From Moniliella sp. 'wahieum' (lineage: Eukaryota), in NCBI GenBank assembly GCA_003971905.1, contig RSEE01000034.1, forward strand, positions 372,001 through 436,000: a stretch of 64,000 nt of DNA, in the 5' to 3' direction. Within the stretch, counting starts at the first letter, position 1, and the number at the start of each line of letters is the position of its first letter. Below, one piece after another: positions 36,615 to 47,689 of this stretch. The translations under genes were made by a program, and so were the position numbers. Below the pieces are notes generated by a model. The model saw only the letters and a program-made list of their open reading frames with translations, searched no databases and was not told where the DNA came from.

Positions 36615-36713
36615 TTCCCCGACCGGGAGTCGAACCCGGGTCTTGACGGTTACCTTCAAACACTAGGTGTTAGAAGTGAGAGCGTCACATCATAGCCGTT
36701 GGACCATCGAGGA
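36615..36713 (-). tRNA. tRNA-Glu(CTC) with 27-nt hairpin-forming intron
   Basis: Reverse complement: acceptor TCCTCGA/TCGGGGA, anticodon stem TGACG/CGTCA around CT-CTC-A, intron CTTCTAACACCTAGTGTTTGAAGGTAA, T-arm CCGGG-TTCGACT-CCCGG. T-rich terminator downstream. Confidence 0.93.
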
Positions 36714-37109
36714 AGTACATGAAAAAATAGGTTCGAAGGAATATCATCCGCATGCACCGCCAAGGCAACGCACTCTCCAAACGTTCTCCCCAGAGCCTGG
36801 CGGTTGCGTGGAGACCAATAATACGGTTCGGGATTTGCTAGCGGTACATGTACTTGACTCCACCGCCTACGATCCTATCGTGTATGGACCAGCTAAATGA
36901 CCCCAAGGCCACTACTTCAAGTGAGCAGGGCGGCAAGGCCCAACCACGCCTGGAGGATTCGCCGACTCGGATTGGTTGAAATCGATCAGTGCATCCATCA
37001 CCTCCTTGCACTTTCAGGCCCCGCCACAGGATGCGCCAACCCGGCACGTACAAGGACGCAGCCCAACATTCAGCACTCGCCCAGGAAAGTGCAGCAGATG
37101 GCAGAACTG

Positions 37110-38915
37110 CTACGCCCAAAAGAAGCACCTACCCGATCCATTGCCCGTGGCTACTCGGCCTGGGATACGGGGGTGCATCACCGTCACTGCTGGAACGGCA
37201 GTGATATGGTCGGGGTCGTAAAAGTCGTGGAGAAGTCTACCCTCGGCCGAGTAGATCTCAGCTCGGCGATTCATTCCGCCAATCTGTCGTCACAGATGCA
37301 GGTCAGCATGCCGATGCCGGCCAAGAACATACTAGAAGAAAGACACCCAACGTACGTAAAAGTGAGGAGGCAAGTCAGGATTAGGGTGCCAGAGGGCACG
37401 CAAGGGGGTTAGCCATCTGCCCGTTTGGTTGTTGTGAGCAAAACGGTACGGCTGCGCGAGCGGGTTGCTGCCCGCACCGCGCATCTGGGGTTTCTTGTTC
37501 GTTTCCCACCATTTTGGCTTCACATCCTCGGCAGTGAGCGCGGTGGGGCTGTCAAGGTGCCACAGAGAGATCCAGTCATCGTACGACACACCAACCAATC
37601 GGTCGCCCCGAGGCGAAAAGTCAACACCGGTAAATGCATACTTGGTCTTGAACTGGCCCAGCTCGGTCTTTTGCCTTGCCTCCAGCACCGCATCGGCTGC
37701 CTCACCGATGACCCTATGCGGTGCCTCCATCTCGTCGAGTGAGGCGAGTTTGCGCACGTCAAAGAGTCGCACGTGCTGATCTAACGACGCCGTTGCGACT
37801 ACCGACGGATTGGACGGGTTGACGGTTAACGAACCGATCTTTTTATCGACCACCTGCCAGCGGCGTGCTGCCCCTGTCAGCTTTTGCTCCCGTACGTCCA
37901 AATGTATCAGTCCTCCTTTGCTGTCCGCGATCCACAGTTGACGTTCGTCGGTGGCCGGGTGCGGACTGGAGGTAAAGGCGCTGGCGTGGGTGGAAGGGGC
38001 GAGAATGTCAAACGTGCTGAACTGAACGTCGGACCTCCAAATGGGGCGGCTGATCTGGTCGGAAAGCGAGAGGGCACGGATAGACGAGTCATAGGAAGAA
38101 CTGTAGAGTGAGTCGGACGAGGCAGGATCAAACTTGAGACAGGTCACACTGGCCTGGCCGTGGCTGCCGGGTAGTAGGACATTCCAGTGGGCAGAGCATC
38201 CGGTTCAGGATCTTTCACCTCGTCCTCCTCGTTCTCCACATCGTCTCGTACAGGCGTGGCCAATGGCTGCCACACCGCAATGGCACCATCCACGTCGCCA
38301 AGGAAAAGCAAGTTCTCGTCGCCTGGGTGAAACAACATGGTTACAACGCTTAGGCGTGACCTTATCCCCGGCCCGCAGCTCCATCTTGGAAAATATCGAA
38401 ATCAGTTCCTTTTCGTCCGCGGGTGGGTAAACAACCATGTCCTCGCCGCCAGGTCGTCTCCTTGGATCGAAGCGGCTCGCTCTAAGGAAGCCTGCAGCGC
38501 CGCTAGGCGTGCGGGCCGAAGCTGACCCCCGCCCAAGGCAGATAAATCCAAGTCACCCTCAGGCGGTTCTCGTGAGTTGTGAGTCGGGAAAGAGGGCTCG
38601 GGAGTGGAAGAGGAAGGCTGCGGGTGGCGTCAGCAGCAGTGCTCATCCCACGCAGCCGGGCGCTGACGCGGGAAGGCAAGACGCGCTTGGCCGGGGACTG
38701 ACGCGGAGCTGCCTTGCGCTTGGGTGCGCGCTTAGGCGCGGAGGTGGCCTTGGGAATGGGCTTGTTGGCGCCCATTTGGATGGAAGAGTTGCCGTCGAGC
38801 AATTGGAGCTCGCGCATGAGCTCCTGGTTGCGGCGGATGTTCTCCTGCCGCATCCGCTCGCTTCGGGGTTCGGTGGTCAGCGCCGGGATGCGCACGGACA
38901 CTGGGAGGGAGACAT
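37110..38915 (-). CDS. CMR1: WD40 DNA-damage-binding protein Cmr1/WDR76
   Basis: N-terminal RQENIRRNQELMRELQL; WD repeats LYSSSYDSSIR, KKIGSLTVNP, ATASLDQHVRLFDVR; HNNQTGRWLT; last exon IGGMNR...ITAVPAV..MHP...GNGSGRCFFWA-stop at 37110. Confidence 0.88.
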
Positions 38916-39519
38916 ACTAGTCGGTATCCATGATGGGCTGTGGTGGGGGTGGGCAGAGGACGAGGACGGAGCAGCGCGGCGCGAGAGCTGGTGGGGGGGA
39001 AGAGTAGGCCGACGGCTCTTACCATCCTCGCCCCGGCCAACGCGACGACACGCTCGCCTGCCGCGTGCCTTTTCCGCCACACGACGCGAAGACGCGAAGG
39101 CGCGGTGGATGAGCTAAGCGCCAAGTGCACGTGAGCGGGGGCGGCTGTGCTGAGCTCAGCTGCGCAGCCAGCGGGAGCACACCGAGAACTGAAAACTGAA
39201 ATTGCAGCGCCCAAGCAGCGCACGCCGGGGCTTATTAATTGCCCACACTCGCCTCCTGCCGCCCGGGCGCACGAAGCCAGGCGGTGAAGACGCCCGCCGG
39301 CAGCGGGCACGGCGCCAGTGTGCCGGCGGGGCTCCGGCCTGCCCGACGGCTGCTGCTGCAGCAGACGAAACCCGACGGCGCGGCGGACGCGTGACCGCGC
39401 ACTCGGCTGGTGCCGCTGATCGGCCCAGCCCACGGTGAGCTGCCCAGGGAAGCCTGCTGGCCGCCTCTCCTCGCCGCCGCCCTTCTCGTTCCGCCGACGA
39501 CCATCCATCCACGCCCCCC

Positions 39520-41040
39520 ATGTCGGCCCGCACGCTCCTCAGCCGCGCTCTCGCGCCCTCCGTGCTCAAGCCGGCCGTGCCGCGCGTCGCCATCCCCATG
39601 AGCGCGCGCGCGCTCGCGACCCCCTCTGTCCGCACGCCCTTGACCCAGATCACCACCCTCCCCAGCGGCCTGACCGTCGCCACAGAGTCCAACCCCTCGG
39701 CCCAGACGGCCACTGTCGGTGCCTGGATCGACGCCGGCTCGCGTGCCGAGACGGATGCGACCAGCGGCACTGCCCACTTTTTGGAGCACATGGCCTTCAA
39801 GGGTGCGTAGCCGCTTCTTTGTCGACGTTTCTTCTTTTTCTTTTTGCATGTGTTTTTTCTAACTCCGCTCCTGTGGTTTCTGGTATAGGTACCAACAAGC
39901 GCTCCCAGCGCGACCTTGAGATTGAGGTGGAGAACCTGGGTGCCCACCTCAACGCCTACACGTCGCGGGAGCAGACTGTCTACTACGCCAAGTCCTTCCG
40001 TAAGGATGTGGGCCAGGCGGTGGACATCATCTCGGACATTCTTCAAAACTCCAAGCTGGATGTGGCGGCGATCGAGCGGGAGCGTGATGTGATCCTGCGC
40101 GAGCAGGAGGAGGTGGACAAGCAGATTGAGGAGGTGGTGTTTGACCACTTGCATGCGGTTGCCTTCCAAAAGCAGGCTCTCGGCCGAACCATCCTTGGGC
40201 CCGAGGAGAACATTCGTTCCATCAGCCGCGACGACCTTTCGTCCTACATCAAGAAGAACTACACTGCGGACCGTACAGTGCTGGTGGGCACTGGCGGTGT
40301 CGACCACGACGAGCTGGTCAAGCTTGCGGAGAAGCACTTCTCGTCGCTTCCCAACTCGGCCACGCCGCTCAAGCTCGGCACGTCGGCTTACCCTCCCACC
40401 AAGTTTGTTGGTTCGGACGTGCGCATTCGTGACGATGCTTTCCCCACGTGCAACTTTGCTATTGCCGTTGAGGGTGTGGGCTGGAAGAGCCCAGACTACT
40501 TCCCCATGCTGGTGCTGCAGTCCATCATGGGCAACTGGGACCGTTCGCTGGGCGCTTCGCCGCTGCTGTCCAGCCGCTTGTCGCACATTGTGTCGAGCAA
40601 CGGCCTGGCCAACTCTTACATGCACTTCAGCACCTCCTACTCCGACACCGGTCTCTGGGTGTCTACGTCGTCTCGGGAATGTGGAGTCGCTGGATGACAC
40701 GACGCACTTTATCCTCAAGGAGTGGCAGCGCATGTCCATTGCCCCAACGGAGGTGGAGGTTGCGCGGGCCAAGGCGCAGCTGAAGGCGTCCCTCCTACTT
40801 GGCTTGGATGGTTCGACGGCAATTGCCGAGGACATTGGCCGTCAGCTCGTCACGTCCGGCAAGCGCTTCACTCCAGAAGAGATCCAGCTGCACATTGACG
40901 CCGTCACGCCGGCTGAGATCAAGCGGGTGGCCTCGACCTACCTGTGGGACCGCGACATTGCCGTCGCTGCCTTTGGTCGCACGGAAGGTCTCTTCCCGTA
41001 CGACCGCCTCCGTGCCGACATGAGCTCCATGCTGTACTAA
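39520..41040 (+). CDS. MAS1: Mitochondrial processing peptidase beta subunit (M16)
   Basis: Arg-rich presequence; [13 protein letters not shown] (HxxEH); [32 protein letters not shown]. Intron ~39804-39888; one frameshift ~40660-40680. Confidence 0.95.
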
Positions 41041-41238
41041 ACGCCAGTGGGACCGTGATCTGTCACTTGGCCGGTTGAAAATATCATCCTCATCAACTCC
41101 CCAAGTTATTCAGGACTACGTGTACAAGGGGGGTTAGTAGTAGCCAGGTGCACAATGCTACAGGCGTAAAGGTAGGTCAATTTAGAAAAGAGGAAGGGAT
41201 CCGTCAAAGGAAGGAAGGCCAAGTAGGAATGTACTGAG

Positions 41239-43401
41239 CTAAACGGACAGCTTGGCGAGCTGCTCTTTGAGCTTGAGCAACTCCTGCACGCTAGCATCGA
41301 CAGCCGCCTGCTTGGACTCGTCTGCCTTTGCAGCCGCCTTGGCCTCGCGCACGACCGCCCCCTGCGCCTCAATTTGGGCCTGCAAGGCCTTGGCCTCAGG
41401 AGTGTCGGGGATCTTGGCCGCGGCTGCCGCCTCGGCCTCCTTCTTGGCCTTTTTCGCAAGCTTGGCCGCCTGCGACTTGCTCAAGGCCGGTTTGGCCGGT
41501 TCCTTGGCGGCTTGGGCCCCGCCAAACTGCGCCCGCCAGACCTCCTCCATTTTGGGATCGATGGGCTTGAAGAGGTGCTTGGGCTTGCCAATCTTGTGGC
41601 CGGCCAGCAGCTCAGGCGGGGCCCAGTGACCCACCCCACCTTTCTCCCCGGCCGTCGCTGGAAGCGGGAGCGCGCGGGGCGGCGCGTTGAGCTGCACCAA
41701 GATTTCATTTGCAGTCGACGGCATGAACGGGGCAATGACAGCACTGAGGAGGTAGATGAGGCTGACCGTGGCGTGGACGACAGCATTGCACGTGGTCGGG
41801 TGCTCGACAAAGAGCGCCTTGGTCAACTTGGAATCGGTTAGGAACAAGTTGCCTCGGGCCGAGATGGCCATCGCCGTCTGAAGCCCAGCGCGCAGGCGAG
41901 CAGCCTCCATATTGTCCGCGTACTGGCCCAGCAGCACATTGACATCTTTGACAAGCCCAGCGTACAGCGCGTGCCCCTCGGCCTTGGCATCTGTCAGCTC
42001 GTCAGGAACAGGAGGCAGGATGCCATCGTAGTTTTTGGCAACAAAGGTCAGAACGCGGTTGACAAAGTTGCCCAAATTGGCCAAGAGCTCATTGTTGTTG
42101 CGCGTGATGAACTCGGCCCAAGAGAATTGCGAATCGGCCGTCTCAGGTCGGTTAGCCAACAGGTAGTAGCGCCACACGCTGGCCGGAACGCCGGTCTCCG
42201 CTGCCTTGTCACCAAAGACACCCACATTGCGGCTCTTGCTGAACTTGCCACCCTCATACTGGAGGTACTCGGTCGTGCTGATCTGCTGCAGTTTGGTCCA
42301 CTTGTCCTTGGTGCCAATCAAGGTCGAGGGGAAGATGACCGTGTGGAAGCGGACATTGTCCTTGCCCATAAACTGGTACAGCGACACTTGTTCCGGGCTC
42401 TTCCACCACGCTTCCCATACATTTGGCGCATAGTTGGCCGTGATGGACGGGTAGCCGATCGGAGCGTCGTACCACACGTAGAACACCTTGTCCTCGAACC
42501 CGGGCAGCGGCACCTTGACACCCCACTTGAGATCGCGCGTCAGGCTAAAAGGCCGCAGGCCCTCCTTGAACCAACTCTCGGTAATGTGAATCGAGTTACT
42601 GCTCCAGCCTCCTTCGACGGCGGCTTTGCGCGCCCACGCCTCAGTCTCTGGTTGGAGCAAGTCAATGCGGAAGAAAATGTGCTTGGTCTCCTTGGGCTTG
42701 GGGGTAGAGTTGCACGTCTTGCAGCGCGGCTGCTTCAGCTCCATCGCATCATACAGCGAGCCACACTTGTCGCACTGGTCGCCACGTGCATCGTCGTAGC
42801 CACACTTGGGGCAGATCCCCTCCACGTAGCGGTCTGCAAGGAAACGCTGGTCCTTGTCGCAGTAGAGCTGGGTAATGGTGCGCTCTTCGACAAAGCCGTT
42901 GGCATGGAGCTTGAGGAAAATGTCCTGGGCAATCTTGGTTTGCCAGTCGGTCGTGGTGCGGCCAAAGTAGTCAAAGCCGATCTCAAACCAATCGTACGCA
43001 ATCTTGTGGAGCGCGTGGTACTTGTCCACCAGCTCCTGGGGCGTCACTCCATCCTCCAGCGCCTTGGTCTCGGTGGCCGTGCCGTACTCGTCGGTACCGC
43101 AAATGTACAGCGTGTTGCGGTTGCGCGAGCGGTTGTAGCGCGCGAACACATCCGCACTCAGCGTCGAGCCAATAATGTTGCCCAGGTGGGGCACATTGTT
43201 GACGTAGGGAAGGGCGGAGGTGATGAGCACGTTGCGCTCCGCATCGCTACGCTCAGCCAGGGGGACAGGAGAGATGTTGGGCGAGATCTCGGTGGGCGCA
43301 GACTGGGTCGTGAACTTGGCCGGCGTGACGGTGGGGGCGACGTGCTGGGCACCCGAGGGCGCGGGGGGTGTGGGGAAGGGGCTGGAGGCAGGCGAGCCCA
43401 T
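41239..43401 (-). CDS. MES1: Cytoplasmic methionyl-tRNA synthetase with C-terminal WHEP-like domain
   Basis: ITSALPYVNNVPHLGNIIG (HIGH motif), ICGTDEYGT, Zn knuckle CPKC..DQCDKC, KFSKS. Uninterrupted ORF; ATG 43401. Confidence 0.96.
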   Translation of the reverse strand: MGSPASSPFPTPPAPSGAQHVAPTVTPAKFTTQSAPTEISPNISPVPLAERSDAERNVLITSALPYVNNVPHLGNIIGSTLSADVFARYNRSRNRNTLYICGTDEYGTATETKALEDGVTPQELVDKYHALHKIAYDWFEIGFDYFGRTTTDWQTKIAQDIFLKLHANGFVEERTITQLYCDKDQRFLADRYVEGICPKCGYDDARGDQCDKCGSLYDAMELKQPRCKTCNSTPKPKETKHIFFRIDLLQPETEAWARKAAVEGGWSSNSIHITESWFKEGLRPFSLTRDLKWGVKVPLPGFEDKVFYVWYDAPIGYPSITANYAPNVWEAWWKSPEQVSLYQFMGKDNVRFHTVIFPSTLIGTKDKWTKLQQISTTEYLQYEGGKFSKSRNVGVFGDKAAETGVPASVWRYYLLANRPETADSQFSWAEFITRNNNELLANLGNFVNRVLTFVAKNYDGILPPVPDELTDAKAEGHALYAGLVKDVNVLLGQYADNMEAARLRAGLQTAMAISARGNLFLTDSKLTKALFVEHPTTCNAVVHATVSLIYLLSAVIAPFMPSTANEILVQLNAPPRALPLPATAGEKGGVGHWAPPELLAGHKIGKPKHLFKPIDPKMEEVWRAQFGGAQAAKEPAKPALSKSQAAKLAKKAKKEAEAAAAAKIPDTPEAKALQAQIEAQGAVVREAKAAAKADESKQAAVDASVQELLKLKEQLAKLSV

Positions 43402-43474
43402 GGTGGATGTCGAGCAGCGGGGCGGGTTGGGGGGCAAGGTGTGGTGGTGGGCGAGGATGTCGCCCGCGGGCCTG

Positions 43475-43516
43475 CCGCAAACCGCAAATCGCAAACCGCA
43501 AACCGCAAACCGCAAA
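43475..43516. repeat. Heptamer tandem repeat (CCGCAAA)x~6 in the MES1/COX16 divergent promoter
   Basis: ccgcaaaccgcaaatcgcaaaccgcaaaccgcaaaccgcaaa seen directly. Confidence 0.85.
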
Positions 43517-43780
43517 CCCGCTCTGGACGCAACGATTCGCGCGGGAATGTTTAATTTAAGTATCGCCCCGGCGGAACAGAGAGGAATTCAATATTCACAC
43601 TCAGGACGAGGCAAGCGTGGCCCGTCACGCGTCCAGCGTCACGCGTCCCACGGCCTTGCATCCGCGCCCTTTTCCCCTTCGGACGTAAGAAGTGCGCTGA
43701 CCGCCGTTGTTCCAACCCCCGCTGGCCATCGTCTCCTCTGCCTTCGCCTCTGCTCCAGCCTCGCGTCCCTCTGACTAGCC

Positions 43781-44490
43781 ATGGTGTTTGCGCGCAAGCC
43801 GTTGAATCGCAAGACTGATGGCTTTGCCGGCTGGGTCAACCGCATGACGCCTGCCGTGCGGAAACATCCCTTCCTCCTCTATGGCCTGCCCTTTACCCTG
43901 CTCATTGTCGGCGCCAGCTTTGCCGTGACACCCTTTACACGCGAACGCTATGAACGCGCCGCGCGCAAGATCACCAATGTATCAAGGGAGGAGAATCTCA
44001 AACTGGAGCAGTCGCGCCGCAAGATTGACCTGCGCGAAGAGTACTTTGTACGTTTTTTGCCTGCCCGCCCCGCTTGTCCACCCCCCGTTCTGTATACCTA
44101 ACCTGCCCATCCGCTCCCGCTCCAGAGACTCGAAGCCAAAGTCATGGACGACCAAGACGACTGGGAACCGGTACGAGTCCAGCGCCCTGTTGGTGCCAGG
44201 GAGTGGGGCGAAGGGTACACCAACACCGTTACCCCCGAAGAGGCGGAACGATTGCTGCGCTATGAGCGCATCACGCCCGAGGCGATGGCTGAGCGGAAAC
44301 GCATCAATGCCCAACGCTTTGCTGAGGACAAGGCTTTGCGTGATAAGTTGGCCAAAAAGGAGCAGGGCTGGTTGCAATGGATGGGGATCAAGGCGTCGAG
44401 CGTAGTGGAGGAGAGCGAGCAGCCGCGTCGGTTTCTTCTTGCCTTTGCCCCCGTCGAGAAGGGTGATTCGCCTACGCTGGAGTCGGCCCT
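43781..44490 (+). CDS. COX16: Cytochrome c oxidase assembly factor Cox16 (N-terminal part of a probable Cox16-Erv1 fusion)
   Basis: RKHPFLLYGLPFTLLIVGASF...RYE...KIDLREEYF|RL...DDWEPVRVQRP. Phase-0 intron 44048-44125. No stop codon before the Erv1 sequence begins. Confidence 0.88.
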
Positions 44491-45107
44491 GAAGGGTACA
44501 CCAGGCGTGCTGATGGGGTCATCATTGGACCGGATGGCAAACCGTGTCGAGCATGCAACTCCAAAACGATGTTTGCATCTGCCATGAAGGGCTTTGGTGG
44601 AGGCAGTGCCGCTGGTCTGGGGATGGGCATGGCTGCGGCTAGCGGAGTAGCAGCAAGTCTTCTTCCCCTTCTGTCTGCCCGCCGGATGGACCTGCGATTG
44701 GTCAATCGACCTGGACCTTTCTTCACAGTGCTGCAGCGTTTTACCCGGACGAGCCTGACGCGGACCAGCAAGAAGCGATGCGCAACCTAATTCGTTCCCT
44801 CTCCATCCTCTACCCCTGCGCGCCATGTGCATATGGACTAAAAATGCATCTCGACAAGCAACAAGAAAAGCGTACAACACTCGGGGCCGAAGCACCAATC
44901 ACCAAACCCAGTTTGCTTCGTGGTGCGGAGGATCCTGGTACGCTCCCCGAGGCGGCTCGTTCGGGGCGGGCGATGCGTGCGTGGCTGTGTGCTGCGCACA
45001 ACGAGGTCAACCAGCGCTTGGGTAAACCTGTGTTTTCTTGTACCGAGGCTGCACTCGACGCGCGATGGGGCGAGGGACCGGCGGATGGAAGCTGTGATGG
45101 CGCCTAA
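44491..45107 (+). CDS. ERV1: Erv1/ALR FAD-linked sulfhydryl oxidase domain
   Basis: GPDGKPCRAC shuttle motif (CRAC at 44545-44556), CPPD..IGQSTWTFLHS...YP, YPCAPCA redox motif, WLCAAHNEVNQRLGKPVFSC, RWGEGPADGSC. Frameshift ~44665. Confidence 0.9.
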
Positions 45108-46108
45108 CCAGCTGTGTTCTTTGTGGCCAAGCACACTCATATCCCTGCTCATCAGTAGTTTGTTGGTCTTAGTAACCACGTATCGGACCTCTTGAGGAAG
45201 AGCATTTCTGGCTGTTTCAAGTAGACCTAATCTGAGCAGCATCACCATTAAGTCCCATGACTTCGGCAACCAGGTGGTGAATTACCACTTTATAAGAGGT
45301 TGCGCCCGATGGCAGAACAGCGACCGTCACTAATCAGTGACCCTAGTGGCAGTCAATAAGAACGAGCTTGGGGTGCCAGCTTCCGTCAATTGCTCGTCCG
45401 TCGGCAACCCTCAACAAGTCCTCCCAATCCTCCCTGAAAGGTGGAGAGATGAGAACAAGCAGCCAGCCTACTTCAGCACCTTGATGCCGTAACACGGTCC
45501 TAAGAATGTTTTATGGAGCACGATGACTGACTGGCGGGTGTGGAGCAAAATGGGCACGTCGTGAATGGATGGCGCGCCGCAGAAATCAAACCGCATCTCG
45601 ATCATCAAGTGAAGAAAAGGACATGTGAGTGCAGGCACCCAGAACAAGCATGTGTGGATGCAGCCATGGGCTACACGCGCTGTCTATGCCAACACAGGCG
45701 GGTGCTGGCACAGATGGTGCTGTAACTGCACCCACCTCCTGATTAATCATGTCGATCGCTGAGCGCTGCTTGATCTGATGATCAGTGATCGATGACGTGG
45801 CGAAAGACTGATTGCTACGCACGGACACGTGGATGCACCAGTGCAGAAATGGTTCCAGTCTGACGTCAGCGGCACAACCCTATTGTAGCAGTGCCAGGCG
45901 CAGAATCATAATAACTTGCCGCAGCACTCAACCCTACTGCCGTGTCCGGCGCCCTGCCGAAAGGCTGAGCCACACCAGGCAGTCTCTCCACCACGAAGCC
46001 CCGCATAGCAGGAAGAGGTAAGTTGGATTGGTCTGCCCTTGTGTCCCCACCCCGCCCCATTACCCCTGCCACTGGCTAACCTCTCTCCGTCGCACCTGCC
46101 ACAGGAAA

Positions 46109-46308
46109 ATGGCCAAGTCCAAGAACCACACCAATCACAACCAGTCGTCGAAGGCGCACCGCAACGGCATCAAGAAGCCCAAGTCGTCGCGGTACCCTTC
46201 GTCCGTGGTGTGGACCCAAAATTCATCCGCAACCAGCGCTTTGCTAAGCACGGCACCGAGAAGGCTCTCCGTGCCATCAAGGCTGCCAAGCATGCCAAGT
46301 CGGCCTAA
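46109..46308 (+). CDS. RPL29: 60S ribosomal protein L29 (eL29)
   Basis: [25 protein letters not shown]...[17 protein letters not shown]. 5'-UTR intron 46018-46104 (GTAAGT..CTAAC..CAG). One-base frameshift ~46200. Confidence 0.96.
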
Positions 46309-47689
46309 GCGCTATGATTGCGAAAAAGGGCGCTGGCTTGGCAGTGTGGGAAGCAAGAGACCTGTTTCATCTGGTTTGTTCTTGTAACCGGGGAGGCCAC
46401 TCCAATGTCTGGCTTGTAGCCTGCTCATCAGGCCATTCCTCCTAAGAGCAGGCAATGCCAATTTCCCCCTTTCTCATTGCCTTGCCGTCAAGGCACCCGC
46501 CCCCCACCTGTGCTGATGCACACTTCTATGCATATGGTGCACCCCCCCCCCCCTGTGTCGGCACACGGGCCTGCGTGCTTGGTAGCATTTCTCGTAGCTA
46601 CGTTGTCGTATGCAACACGCGAACCGCTGTACGGGCCTCATCCCTTTTTGGTTGAAGCTGCAGGAATTTTATAGTTGCTTCACCTGCAATCTCGGTCCTT
46701 GCGGAGGGATCAGAACCGTTGTCTGAAGCTCCTCAAAACCGCCATGAGGACCGGCACGATGCTTCGTACGGCAGTGGTGAGTGTTCGGATTGATGATGCT
46801 TTGGTCCACACCAACCTATGGTTCCTAGTTGCTTGAGGACAAGGCGAAGGCCAAGGTGGGTATATTTGGTTCCCCACCATGTCAGGCTTCTCATGCGACT
46901 GTATCTACTCCGAGATAGTCCATCATAAACGTTATGGGACGAATGTGGATGGGTTTACACATCTTTTCCCCTGTCCCACCGCTTATCATATTGTACGCAG
47001 TGAGGTGCTAAGGATTCGTTTGAACGCTCCCACAGTCGCGACACTGGGGTGGACTGCTGGCTGTCACTATGGTCGGAGTACGGCGAGGCGTATCTGTAAG
47101 TAAGATGTGGTACGGCAACGGGAGAGGTGCGGTGACATGCATATGGGAGAATCAGCATTGTGGGTTTTAGGCCCAAGGGAAGAATGTGCCAAGAGAGTGG
47201 TCACATGTCTACAGTAGTATGGTGGGAAATCAGACTGACGGTACTACCAACTTTTGCCTACTCAGCTGTTGCAAGGACTCATTTCACATCGATTCAAATG
47301 GGGAGACGAAACAAAAGCCATCACAAGCAGCAAGGGCCCCGTCAAAACGGCCGTAAACCTATCGGAGGGAGGGGGGAGGGGGGTAGCATCGGCAAGGCAG
47401 AGCGGGGGAAAAATATCGAGAGGGAACGGGGATCGGCATATCGGGGAATAGCTCCGTCCCCCACTGTCTGGTCGCACGAATGAGATAGTAACAGCAAGGA
47501 ACAGGATCGGAAGAACGAGCAAACATTCCGAGTAAAAAGGTGCAAGGAGAAGGGTGAGCAGGTTGAGGGTGGAGGTTGACAATGAAGATATTTGAAGACC
47601 AATCGTAATCAAGGAAAAGTAAAAGCCGGGGACAAATGCTCTTGGCGATGACAGGGTGACGAGGCGAGATAGGGAAGCAGTATGGTTAG

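Noticed and set aside
43475..43516. CRISPR-like or telomeric array
   Set aside because: Simple heptamer tandem with no spacers and not TTAGGG; eukaryotic context with no cas genes.
39156..43554. Long antisense ORFs (39156-40835, 41971-43554; also 20037-21614)
   Set aside because: Shadows of strongly GC3-biased genes on the opposite strand, with no recognisable motifs.
46740..46840. Box C/D snoRNA downstream of RPL29 (TGATGA at ~46791)
   Set aside because: No properly placed CTGA D box with terminal stem and no recognisable rRNA guide.
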